Shown: piece by piece, positions 1-15,000 of the stretch
Numbering within the stretch: position 1 is the stretch's first letter
Layout: each line of letters begins with the position of its first letter
NCBI GenBank assembly: GCA_964016885.1
Contig: OZ024748.1
Span: 41,044,001 to 41,108,000, forward strand
DNA length: 64,000 nucleotides
Source: Eledone cirrhosa
Lineage: Eukaryota
Reading direction: 5' to 3'
The notes under the pieces: model-generated
What the model was told of the DNA's origin: nothing
Seen by the model: the letters and a program-made list of their open reading frames with translations, nothing else
Database searches by the model: none
Translations under genes and position numbers: made by a program

Positions 1-3000
1 TAGTTACTGTAATGCAGATGTAGTTACTGTTATATAGATGTAATCACTTTAATATAGATGTAGTTACTGTAATACAGATGTAGTTACTGTTATATATATG
101 TAGTTACTGTAATATAGATGTAGTTACTGTTATATTGATGTAGTTAATGTAATACATATGTAGGTACTGTAATACAGATGTAGTTACTGTTATATAGATG
201 TAGTTACTGTAATATAGATGTAGTTACTGTAATATAGATGTAGTTACTGTTATACAGATGTAATCACTGTAATATAGATGTAGTTACTGTAATACAGATA
301 TAATTACGGTAATATAGATATAGTTACTGTAATACAGATGTGGCTACGGTTATATAGATGTAGTTACTGTAATATAGATGTAGTTACTGTAATATAGATG
401 TAGTTACTGTTATACAGATGTAATCACTGTAATATAGATGTAGTTACTGTTATACAGATGTAATCACTGTAATATAGATGTATTTACTGTTATATAGTTG
501 TAATCACTGTAATATAGATGTAGTTACTGTAATACCGATGTAGTTACTGTTATATAGATGTAGCTACTGTAATACAGATGTAGTTACTGTTATACAGATG
601 TAGTTACTGTAATAGATGTAGTTACTGTTATACAGATGTAGTTACTGTAATATAGATGTAGTTACTGTAATATAGATGTAGTTACTGTAATACAGATGTA
701 GTTACTGTTATATAGATGTAGTTACTATAATATAGATGTAGTTACTGTAATATAGATGTAGTTACTGTAATACAGATATAATTACTGTAATATAGATATA
801 GTTACTGTAATACTGATGTAGCTACTGTTATATAGATGTAGTTACTGTAATACTGATGTAGCTACTGTTATATAGATGTAGTTACTGTTATATTGATGTA
901 GTTACTGTAAAACAGATGTAGATACTGTTATCCAGATGTAGTTACTGTAATATAGATGTAGTTACTGTTATACAGATGTAGTCACTGTAATATAGATGTA
1001 GTTACTGTAATACAGATGTAGTTACTGTAATACAGATGTAGTTACTGTAATAGAGATGTAGATACTGTTATATAGATGTAGTTACTGTTATATAGATGTA
1101 TTTACTGTAATATAGATGTAGTTACTGTTATATTGATGTAGTTATTATAATATAGATATAGTTACTGTTATATTGATGTAGTTACTGTTATATATATGTA
1201 GTTACTGTAATATAGATGTAGTTACTGCTATACAGATGTAATCACTGTAATATAGATGTTGTCACTCTAATATAGATGTAGTTACTGTTATATTGATGTA
1301 GTTATGTAATACAGATGTAGTTACTGTTATATTGATGTAGTTACTGTAATACAGATGTAGTTACTGTTATACAGATGTAATCACTCTCATATAGATATAG
1401 TTACTGTAATACAGATGTAGTTACTGTTATATGGATGTAGTTACTGTAATATAGATGTAGTTACTGTTATACAGATGTAATCACTGTAATATAGATGTAG
1501 TTACTGTAATATAGATGTAGTTACTGTTATATTGATGTAGTTACTGTATTACTGATGTAGTTACTGTAATACAGATGTAATCACTGTAATACAGATGTAG
1601 TTACTGTTATATAAATGTAATCACTGTAATATAGATGTAGTTACTGTAACACCGATGTAGTGAGTAATATAGATGTAGTTACTGTAATATAGATGTAGTT
1701 AATGTAATATTGATGTAGTTACTGTGATACGGATGTAATCACTGTGATATAGATGTAGTTACTGTAATACAGATGTAGTTACTGTTATACAGATGTAGTT
1801 ACTGTTATATTACTGTAATATAGATATAGTTAATATTATGCAGATGTAATCACAGTAATATAGATGTAGTTACTGTAATATAGATGTAGTTACTGTTATA
1901 GAGATGTACTAACTGTAATATAGATGTAGTTACTGTTATACAGATGTAATCACCGTAATATACATGTAGTTACTGTAATGCAGATGTACTTACTGTTATA
2001 TAGATGTAGTTACTGTAATATAGATGTAGTTACTGTTATACAGATGTAATCAATGTAATATAAATGTAGTTACTGTAATATAGATGTAGTTACTGTTATA
2101 TTAATGTAGTTACTGTAATACAGATGTAGATACTGTTATACAGATGTAGTTACTGTAATACAGATATGGTTACTGTTATGTAGATGTAGTAACTGTAATA
2201 TAGATGTAGTTACTGTAATATAGATGTAGTTACAGTTTTATAGATGTAGTTACTGTAATATAGATGTAATTACTGTAATATAGATGTAGTTACTGTAATA
2301 TAGATGTAATTACTGTAATATAGATGTAGTTACTGTAACACCGATGTAGTGACAGTCATATAGATGTAGTTACTGTAATATAGATGTAGTTACTGTAATA
2401 GTGATGTAGATAATGTAATACAGATGTAGTTACTATTATACAGATGTAGTCACTGTAATATAGATGTAGTTACTGTAATACAGATGTTGTTACTGTAATA
2501 CAGATGTAGTTACTGTTATATAATTATAGTTACTGTCATATAGATGTAGTCACTGTTATATAGATGTAGTTACTGTAATACAGATGTAGTTACTGTAATA
2601 TAGATGTAGTTACTGTAATATAGATGTAGTTACTGTTTCACAGATGTATTCACTGTGATATATATGTAGTTACTGTAATACAGATGTAGTTATTGTTATA
2701 TTGGTGTAGTTACTGTAATACAGATGTAGTTACTTTTATATTGATGTAGTTACTGTAATACAGATGTAATCACTGCAATATAGATGTAGGTACTATAATA
2801 CAGATGCAGTTACTCTTATATAGATGTAGTTACTGTAATACAGATGTAGTTACTGTTATACAGATGTAATCACTGAAATATAGATGTAGTTACTGTTATA
2901 TAGATGTAGTTACTGTAACACCCATGTAGTGACAGTCATATAGATGTAGTTACTGTAATATAGATGTAGTTACTCTTATACAGATGAAATCACTGTAATA

Positions 3001-6000
3001 TAGATGTAGATACTGTAATACAGATGTAGTTACTGTTATATATATGTAGTTACTGTAATATAGATATAGTTACTGTTATGCAGATTTAATCACTGTAATA
3101 TAGATGTAGTTACTGTAATATAGATGTAGTTACTGTTATATAGATGTAATCACTGTAATATAGATGTAGTTACAGTTATAAAGATGTAATCACTGTAATA
3201 TAGATGTATTTACTGTAATACCGATGTAGTTACAGTTATATACATGTAGTTACTGTTATACAGATGTAATCACTGTAATATAGATGTAGTTACTGTTATA
3301 CAGATGTAATCACTGTAATATACATGTAGTTACTGTAATGCAGATGTAGTTACTGTTATACAGATGTAGTTACTGTAATATAGATGTAGTTACTATCATA
3401 CAGATGTAATCAATGTAATATAAATGTAGTTACTGTAATATAGATGTAGTTACTGTTATATTAATGTAGTTACTGTAATACAGATGTAGATACTGTTATA
3501 CAGATGTAGTTACTGTAATACAGATATGGTTACTGTTATATAGATGTAGTAACTGTAATATAGATGTAGTTACTGTAATATAGATGTAGTTACTGTTTTA
3601 TAGATGTAGTTACTGTAATATAGATGTAGTTACTGTTATACAGATGTAATCACTGTAATATAGATGTAGTTACTGTAATACAGATGTAGTTACTGTTATA
3701 TAGACGTAGTTACTGTAATATAGATGTAATTACTGGAATATAGATGTAGTTATTGTAATACAGATATAATCACTGTAATATAGATATAGTTATTGTAATA
3801 TAGATGGAGTTACTGTTATATAGATGTAGTTACTGTTATAGGGATGTAGTTACTGTTATACAGATGTAATCACTGTAACATAGATGTACTCACTCTAATA
3901 TAGTTGTAGTTACTGTTATATAGATGTAGTTAATATAATACACATGTAGTTAGAGTTATATTGATGTAGGTACTGTAATGCAGATGTAGTTACTGTAATA
4001 TAGATGTAGTTACTGTAATATTAATGTAGTTACTGCTATATAGATGTAATCACTGTAATATAGATGTACTCACTCTAATATAGATGTAGTTACTGTTATA
4101 TTGATGTAGTTATGTAATACAGATGTAGTTACTGTTATATAGATGTAGTTACTGTAATACAGATGTAGTTACTGTTATACAGATGTAATCACTGTAATAT
4201 AGATGTAGTTAATGTAATACAGATGAAGTCAATGTTATATAGATGAAGTCAATGTTATATAGATGTACTCACTGGAATATAGATGAATTTAATTTAATAC
4301 AGATGAAGTTACAGTAATATAGATGTAGTTACTTTTATGCAGATGTAATCACTGTAATATAGATGTAGTTACTCTAATATAGATGTAGTTACTGTTATAT
4401 TGATGTAGTCACTGTAATACAGATGTTGTTACTGTAATGAAGATGTAGATACTGTTATACAGATGTAGTTACTGTTATACAGATATAATAAATGTAATAT
4501 AGATGTAGTTGCTGTAATATAGATGTAGTTACTGCAATACAGATGTAGTTACTGTTATATAAATGTAGTTACTGTAATATAGATGTAGTTACTGTTATAC
4601 AGATGTAATCACTGTAATATAGATGTAGTTACTGGTATATTTATGTAGTTACTGTAATACAGATGTAGTTAGTTATATTGAGGTAGTTACTGTAATACAG
4701 ATGTAATCACTGAAATATCGATGTAGTTACTGAAATACAGATGTAGTTACTGTTATATTGATGTAGTTACTGTTATATAGATGTAGTTACTGTTATACAG
4801 ATGTAGTCACTGTAATATAAATGTAGTTACTGTAATACACATGTGGTTACAGTAATATAGATGTAGTTACTTTTATACAGATGTAATCACTGTAATATAG
4901 ATGTAGTTACTGTTATATAGATGTAGTTACTGTAATACAGATGTAGTTACTGTTATATAGATATAGATACTGTAATATAGATGTAGTTACTGTTATACAG
5001 ATGTAATCACTGTAATATAGATGTAGTTGCTCTAATATAGATGTAGTTACTGTTATATTGATGTAGTTATTTTAATACAGATGTAGTTAGTGTTATACAG
5101 ATGTAATCACTGTAATTTAGATGTAGTTACTGTAATACAGATGTAATCACTGTAATATAGATGTAATTACTGTAATACAGATGTAGTTGCTTATATATAG
5201 ATGTAGTTGCTTATATATAGATGTAGTTACAGTAATACAGATGTAGGTACTGTAATACAGATATGGTTACTGTTATGTAGATGTAGTTACTGTAATATAG
5301 ATGTAGTTACTGTAATATAGATGTAGTTACTGTTATATAGATGTAGTTACTGTTATATTGATGTAGTTACTGTAAAACAGATGTAGATACTGTTATCCAG
5401 ATGTAGTTACTGTAATATAGATGTAGTTACTGTTATACAGATGTAGTCACTGTAATATAGATGTAGTTACTGTAATACAGATGTAGTTACTGTAATACAG
5501 ATGTAGTTACTGTAATAGAGATGTAGATACTGTTATATAGATGTAGTTACTGTTATATAGATGTATTTACTGTAATATAGATGTAGTTACTGTTATATTG
5601 ATGTAGTTATTATAATATAGATATAGTTACTGTTATATTGATGTAGTTACTGTTATATATATGTAGTTACTGTAATATAGATGTAGTTACTGCTATACAG
5701 ATGTAATCACTGTAATATAGATGTTGTCACTGTAATATAGATGTAGTTACTGTAATACAGATGTAGTTACTGTTATATAGACGTAGTTACTGTAATATAG
5801 ATGTAATTACTGGAATATAGATGTAGTTATTGTAATACAGATATAATCACTGTAATATAGATATAGTTATTGTAATACAGATGTAGATACTGTTATACAG
5901 ATGTAGTTACTGTAATACAGATATGGTTACTGTTATATAGATGTAGTAACTGTAATATAGATGTAGTTACTGTAATATAGATGTAGTTACTGTTTTATAG

Positions 6001-9000
6001 ATGTAGTTACTGTAATATAGATGTAGTTACTGTTATACAGATGTAATCACTGTAATATAGATGTAGTTACTGTAATACAGATGTAGTTACTGTTATATAG
6101 ACGTAGTTACTGTAATATAGATGTAATTACTGGAATATAGATGTAGTTATTGTAATACAGATATAATCACTGTAATATAGATATAGTTATTGTAATATAG
6201 ATGGAGTTACTGTTATATAGATGTAGTTACTGTTATAGGGATGTAGTTACTGTTATACAGATGTAATCACTGTAACATAGATGTACTCACTCTAATATAG
6301 TTGTAGTTACTGTTATATAGATGTAGTTAATATAATACACATGTAGTTACAGTTATATTGATGTAGGTACTGTAATGCAGATGTAGTTACTGTAATATAG
6401 ATGTAGTTACTGCTATATAGATGTAATCACTGTAATATAGATGTACTCACTCTAATATAGATGTAGTTACTGTTATATTGATGTAGTTATGTAATACAGA
6501 TGTAGTTACTGTTATATAGATGTAGTTACTGTAATACAGATGTAGTTACTGTTATACAGATGTAATCACTGTAATATAGATGTAGTTAATGTAATACAGA
6601 TGAAGTCAATGTTATATAGATGAAGTCAATGTTATATAGATGTACTCACTGGAATATAGATGTATTTAATTTAATACAGATGAAGTTACTGTAATACAGA
6701 TGTAGTTACAGTAATATAGATGTAGTTACTGTAATAGAGATGTAGTTACTTTTATGCAGATGTAATCACTGTAATATAGATGTAGTTACTCTAATATAGA
6801 TGTAGTTACTGTTATATTGATGTAGTCACTGTAATACAGATGTTGTTACTGTAATGAAGATGTAGATACTGTTATACAGATGTAGTTACTTTTATACAGA
6901 TATAATAAATGTAATATAGATGTAGTTGCTGTAATATAGATGTAGTTACTGTAATACAGATGTAGTTACTGTTATATAAATGTAGTTACTGTAATATAGA
7001 TGTAGTTACTGTTATACAGATGTAATCACTGTAATATAGATGTAGTTACTGGTATATTTATGTAGTTACTGTAATACAGATGTAGTTAGTTATATTGAGG
7101 TAGTTACTGTAATACAGATGTAATCACTGAAATATCGATGTAGTTACTGAAATACAGATGTAGTTACTGTTATATTGATGTAGTTACTGTTATATAGATG
7201 TAGTTACTGTTATACAGATGTAGTCACTGTAATATAAATGTAGTTACTGTAATACACATGTAGTTACAGTAATATAGATGTAGTTACTTTTATACAGATG
7301 TAATCACTGTAATATAGATGTAGTTACTGTTATATAGATGTAGTTACTGTAATACAGATGTAGTTACTGTTATATAGATATAGATACTGTAATATAGATG
7401 TAGTTACTGTTATACAGATGTAATCACTGTAATATAGATGTAGTTGCTCTAATATAGATGTAGTTACTGTTATATTGATGTAGTTATTTTAATACAGATG
7501 TAGTTAGTGTTATACAGATGTAATCACTGTAATTTAGATGTAGTTACTGTAATACAGATGTAATCACTGTAATATAGATGTAATTACTGTAATACAGATG
7601 TAGTTGCTTATATATAGATGTAGTTGCTTATATATAGATGTAGTTACAGTAATACAGATGTAGGTACTGTAATACAGATATGGTTACTGTTATGTAGATG
7701 TAGTTACTGTAATATAGATGTAGTTACTGTAATATAGATGTAGTTACTGTAATATAGATGTAGTTACTTCTATACAGATGTAATCACTGTAATATAGATG
7801 TAGTTGCTGTTATATAGATGTAATCACTTTAATATAGATATAGTTACTGTAATACAGATGTAGTTACTGTTACATAGATGTAGTTACTGTAATATAGATG
7901 TAGTTACTGTAATATAGATGTAGTTACTGTTATATTGATGTAGTTATTTTAATACAGATGTAGTTACTGTTATACAGATGTAATCACTGTAATATAGATG
8001 TAGTTACTGTAATACAGATGTAATCACTGTAATATAGATGTAGTTACTGTTATATAGATGTAGTCACTATAATATAGATGTAGTTACTGTAATACAGGTC
8101 TGGCTACTGTAATACAGATGTAGTTACTGTTATATAGATGTGGTTACTGTTATATAGATGTAGTCACTGTAATATAGATGTAGTTACTGTTATACAGATG
8201 TAATCACTGTAATATAGATGTAGGTACGGTTATATAGATGTAATCACTGTAATATAGATGTAGTTACTGTAATGCTGATGTTGTTACTGTTACATAGATG
8301 TAGCTACTGTAATACAGATGTAGTTACTGTTATACATATAGCTACTGTAATATAGATGTAGTTACTGTTATACAGATGTAATCACTGTAATATAGATGTA
8401 CTTACAGTAATATAGATGTAGTTACTGTTATATTGATGTAGTTACTTTAATACAGATGTAGTTACTGTTATACAGATGTAGTTACTGTTATATAGATGTA
8501 GTTACTGTAATATAGATGCAGTTACTGTCATACAGATGTAATAACTGTAATATAGATGTAGTTACTGTTATATAGATGTAATCACTGTAATATAGATGTA
8601 TATACTGTAATACAGATGTACTCACTGTAATATAGATGTAGTTACTGTAATACAGATGTAGTTACTGTTATATAGATTTAGTTACTGTAATACAGATGTA
8701 GTTACTGTTATACAGATGTAATCACTGTAATATAGATGTAGTTACTGTAATGCAGATGTAGTTACTGTTATATAGATGTAGTTACTGTAATATAGATGTA
8801 GTTACTGTTATATTGATGTAGTTACTGTAATACAGATGTAGTTACTGTAATACAGATATGGTTACTGTTATATAGATATAGTTACTGTAATACAGATATG
8901 GTTACTGTTATATAGATATAGTTACTGTAATAGAGGTGTAGTTACTGTAATACAGATGTAGTTACTGTTATATAGATGTAGTTACTGTTATATAGATGTA

Positions 9001-12000
9001 GTTACTGTAATATAGATGTAGTCACTGTAATATAGACGTAGTTACTGTTATATTGATGTAGTTACTTTTATAGAGATGTAATTACTGTAATATGGATGTA
9101 GTTACTGTTATATGGTTGTAATCACCGTAATATAGATGTAGTTACTGTATTACAGATGTAGTTACTGTTATATAGATATAGCTACTGTAATACAGATGTA
9201 GTTACTGTAATACAGATGTATATACTGTTATACAGATGTAGTTACTGTAATACAGATATGGTTACTGTTATATAGATGTAGTTACTGTAATATAGATGAA
9301 GTTACTGTAATATAGGTGTAGTTACTGTTATACAGATGTAATCAATGTAATATAGATGTAGTTACTGTTATATAGATGTAGTTACTGTAATCCAGATGTA
9401 GTTACTGTTATACAGATGTAGTTACTGTTATACAGATGTAGTTACTGTTATACAGATGTAATTAATGTAATATAGATATAATCACTGTAATATAGATGTA
9501 GTCACTCTAATATAGATGTAGTTACTCTTATACTGATGTAGTTATGTAATACAGATGTAGTTACTGTTATATTGATGTAGTTACTTTAATACAGATGTAA
9601 CCACTGTAATATAGATGTAGTCACTGTAATATAGATGTAGTTACTGTTATATTGATGCAGTTACTGTAATACACATGTAGTTACTGAAATACAGATGTAG
9701 CTACTGTTATATAGATGTAGTTACTGTAATACAGATTTGGTTACTGTAATACAGATGTAGCTACTGTTATATAGATGTAGTTACTGTAATACAGATGTAG
9801 TTACTGTTATACAGATGTAATCACTGTAATATAGATGTAGCTACTGTAATGCAGATGTAGTCACTGTTATATTGATGTAGGTACTGTAATATAGATGTAG
9901 TTACTGTAGTATAGATGTAGTTACTGTTATATTGATGTAGTTACTGTAATACAGATGTAGTTACTGTAATACAGATATAATCACTGTAATATAGATCTAT
10001 GTACTGTAATACAGATGAAGCTACTGTAATACAGATGTAGTTACTGTTATACAGATATAATCACTGTAATATAGATGTAGTTACTGTTATATTGATGTAG
10101 TTATTTTAATACAGATGTAATCACTGTAATATAGATGTAGTTACTGTAATACAGATGTAATCACTGTAATATAGATGTAGTTACTGTAATACAGATGTAG
10201 TTACTTATATATAGATTTAGTTACTGTAATACAGATGTAGTTACTGTAATACAGATATGGTTACTGTTATATAGATGTAGTTACTGTAATATAGATGTAG
10301 TTACTGTTATATAGATGTAGTTACTGTAATATAGATGTAGTTACTTCTATACAGATGTAATCACTGTAATATAGATGTAGTTACTGTTATATAGATGTAA
10401 TCACTGTAATACAGATGTAGTTACTGTTATATACATGTAGTTACTGTAATATAGATGTAGTTACTGTAATATAGATGTAGTTACTGTTATAATCATGTAG
10501 TTATTTTAATACAGATGTAGTTACTGTTATACAGATGTAATCACTGTAATATAGATGTAGTTACTGTAATACAGATGTAATCACTGTAATATAGACGTAG
10601 TTACAGTAATACAGATGTAGTTACTTATATATAGATGTAGTTACTGTAATACATATGTAGTTACTGTAATACAGATATGATCACTGTTATATAGATGTAG
10701 TTACTGTAATATAGATATAGTTACTGTTATATAGATGTAGTTACTGTAATATAGAAGTAGTTACTTCTATACAGATGTAATCACTGTAATATAGATGTAG
10801 TTACTGTTATATAGATGTAGTTACTGTAATGTAGATGTAGTTACTGTAATATAGATGTAGTTACTCTTATATTGATGCAGTTACTGTAATACAGATTTGG
10901 TTACTGTAATACAGATGTAGTTACTGTTATATAGATGTAGTTACTGTTATATAGATGTAGTTACGGTTATATAGATGTAGTTACTGTAATATAGATGTAG
11001 TCACTGTAATATAGATGTAGTTAGTGTTATACAGATGTAATCACTGTAATATAAATGTAGTTACTGTTATATAGATGTAATCACTGAAATATAGATGTAA
11101 TTACTTTTATACAGATGTAATCACTGTAATATAGATATAGTTACTGTTATATAGATGTAATCACTGTAATATAGATGTAGTTACTGTAATATAGATGTAG
11201 TTACTGTTATATTGATGTAGTTACTGTAATACAGATGTAGTTACTGTAATACAGATATGGTTACTGTTATATAGATGTAGTTACTGTAATATAGATGTAG
11301 TTACTGTTATACAGATGTAGTTACTGTTATACAGATGTAATCAATGTAATATAGATGTTGTTACTGTTATATTGATTCAGTTACTGTAATACATATGTAG
11401 TTATTGTAATACAGATGTAGTTACTGTAATATAGATGCAGTTACTGTTATACAGATGTAATAACTGTAATATAGATGTAGTTACTGTTATATAGATGTAG
11501 TTACTGTTATATTGATGCAGTTACTGTAATACACATGTAGTTACTGTAATACAGATTTAGTTACTGTTATATAGATGTAGTTACTGTAATATAGATGTAG
11601 TTACTGTAATACAGATTTGGTTACTGTAATACAGACGTAGCTACTGCTATATAGATGTAGTTACTGTTATATAGATGTAGTTACTGTTATATAGATGTAG
11701 TTACTGTAATATAGATGTAGTCATTGTAATATAGATGTAGTTACTGTTATACAGATGTAATAACTGTAATATAGATGTAGTTACTGTAATATAGATGTAG
11801 TTACTGTTATATTGATGTAGTTACTTTTATACAGATGTAATCACTCTAATATAGATGTAGTTACTGTTATATAGATGTAATCACTGTAATATAGATGTAG
11901 TTACTGTAATATTGAAGTTGTTACTGTTACATAGATGTAGTTACTGTAATACAGATGTAGTTACTGTTATATAGATATAGCTACTGTAATACAGATGTAG

Positions 12001-15000
12001 TTACTGTAATACAGATGTAGATACTGATATACAGATATAGTTACTGTAATACAGATATGGTTACAGTTATATAGATGTAGTTACTGTAATTTAGATGTAG
12101 TTACTGTAATATAGATGTAGTTACTGTTATACAGATGTAATCAATGTAACATAGATGTAGTTACTGTTATATAGATGTAGTTACTGTTACATTGATGTAG
12201 TTAATGTAATAGTGATGTAGATACTGTTATACAGATGTAGTTACTGTAATACAGATGTAGTTACTGTAATATAGATGTAGTTACTGTAATATAGATATAG
12301 TTACTGTTATACAGATGTAGTTACTGTAATACAGATATAATCACTGTAATATAGATGTAGTCACTCTAATATAGATGTAGTTACTCTTATATTGATGTAG
12401 TTATGTAATACAGATGTAGTTACTGTTATATTGATGCAGTTACTGTAATACACATGTAGTTACTGTTATATAGATGTAGTCACTGTAATATAGATGTAGT
12501 TACTGTAATACAGATTTGGTTACTGTAATACAGATGTAGCTACTGTTATATAGATGTAGTTACTGTAATACAGATGTAGTTACTGTTATACGGATTTAAT
12601 CACTGTAATATAGATGTAGCTACTGTAATGCAGATGTAGTCACTGTTATATAGATGTAGTTACTGTAATATAGATGAAGTTACTGTAACATAGATGTAGT
12701 TACTTTTATATTGATGTAGTTACTGTAATACAGATGTAGTAACTTCTATACAGATGTAATCACTGTAATATAGATGTAGTTACTGTTATATAGATGTAAT
12801 CACTTTAATATAGATATAGTTACTGTAATACAGATGTAGTTACTGTTATATAGATGTAGTTACTATAATATAGATGTAGTTACTGTAATATAGATGTAGT
12901 TACAGTTATATTGATGCAGTTACTGTAATACAGATTTGGTTACTGTAATACAGATGTAGTTACTGTTATATAGATGTAGTTACTGTTATACAGATGTAGT
13001 TACTGTTATATAGATGTAGTCACTGTAATATAGATGTAGTTACTGTTATACAGATGTAATCACTGAAATATAAATGTAGTTACTGTTATATAGATGTAAT
13101 CACTGTAATATAGATGTAATTACTTTTATACAGATGTAATCACTGTAATATAGATGTAGTTACTGTTATATAGATGTAATGACTGTAATATAGATGTAGT
13201 TACTGTAATACTGATGTTGTTACTGTTACATAGATTTAGTTACGGTAATACAGATGTAGTTACTGTTATATAGATATAGCTACTGTAATATAGATGTAGT
13301 TACTGTTATGCAGATGTAATCACTGTAATATAGATGTAGTTACTGTAATATAGATGTAGTTACTGTTATATTGTTGTAGTTACTTTAGTACAGATGTAGT
13401 TACTGTTATACAGATGTAGTTACAGTTATATAGATGTAGTTACTGTAAGAGAGATGCAGTTACTGTTATACAGATGTAATAACTGTAATATAGATGTAGT
13501 TACTGTAATATAGATGTAGTTACTGTTATCTTGATGTAGTTACTGTAATACAGATATGGTTACTGTTATATAGATGTATTTACTGTAATATAAATGTAGT
13601 TACTGTAATATAGATGTAGTTACTGTTATACAGATGTAGTTACTGTTATACAGATGTAATCAATGTAATATAGATGTAGTTACTGTTATATATATGTAGA
13701 TACTGTTATATTGATGCAGTTACTGTAATACAGATGTAGTTACTGTAATATAGATGCAGTTACTGTTATACAGATGTAATAACTGTAATATAGATGTAGT
13801 TACTATTATATTGATGCAGTTACTGTAATACACATGTAGTTACTGTAATACAGATATGGTTACAGTTATATAGATGTAGTTACTGTAATTTAGATGTAGT
13901 TACTGTAATATAGATGTAGTCACTGTTATACAGATATAATCAATGTAATATAGATGTAGTTACTGTTATATAGATGTAGTTACTGTAATATAGATGTAGT
14001 TACTGTTATACAGATGTAGTTACTGTTATACAGATGTAATCAATGTAATATAGATGTAGTTACTGTTATATAGATGTAGTTAGTTATATAGATGTAGTTA
14101 CTTTATACAGATGTAATCACTGTAATATAAATGTAGTTACTGTTATATAGACGTAATCACTGTAATATAGATGTAGTTATGTAATACAGATGTAGTTACT
14201 GTAATATAGATGTAGTTACTGTAATATAGATGTAGTTACTGTTATATTGATACAGTTACTGTAATACAGATGTAGTTACTGTAATATTGATGTAGTTACT
14301 GTAATACTGATGTAGTTACTGTTATACTGATGTAATCACTGTAATATAGATGTAGTTACAGCAATACTAGATGTAGTTACAGCAATACTAGATGTAGTTA
14401 CTTTATATAGATGTAGTTACTGTAATATAGATGTAGTTACTATTATACAGATGTAATCACTGTAATATAGATGTAGTTACTGCTATATTGATGTAGTTAC
14501 TGTAATACAGATGTAGTTACTGTTATACAGATGTAATCACTGTAGTATAGATGTAGTTACTGTAATATAGATGTAGCTACTGTTATATTGATGTAGTTAC
14601 GGTAATACAGATGTAGTTACTGTAATAAAGATGTAGATACTGTTATACAGATGTAGTTATGGTAATATACATGTAGTTACTGTAATACAGATGTAGTTAT
14701 TGTTATATAGATGTAGTTACTGTTATATTGATGTAGTTACTGTAATACAGATGTAGTTACTGTAATATAGATGTAGTTACAGCTATACAGATTTAATCAC
14801 TGTAATATAGATGTAGTTACTGTTATATTGATCTAGTTATGTAATACAGATGTAACCACTGTAATATAGATGTAGTTACTGGAATACAGATGTAGTTACT
14901 GTTATATAGATGTAATACAGATATGGATACTGTTATATAGATGTAGTTACTGTAATATAGATGTAGTTACTGTTATATAGCTGTAGTTACTGTAATATAG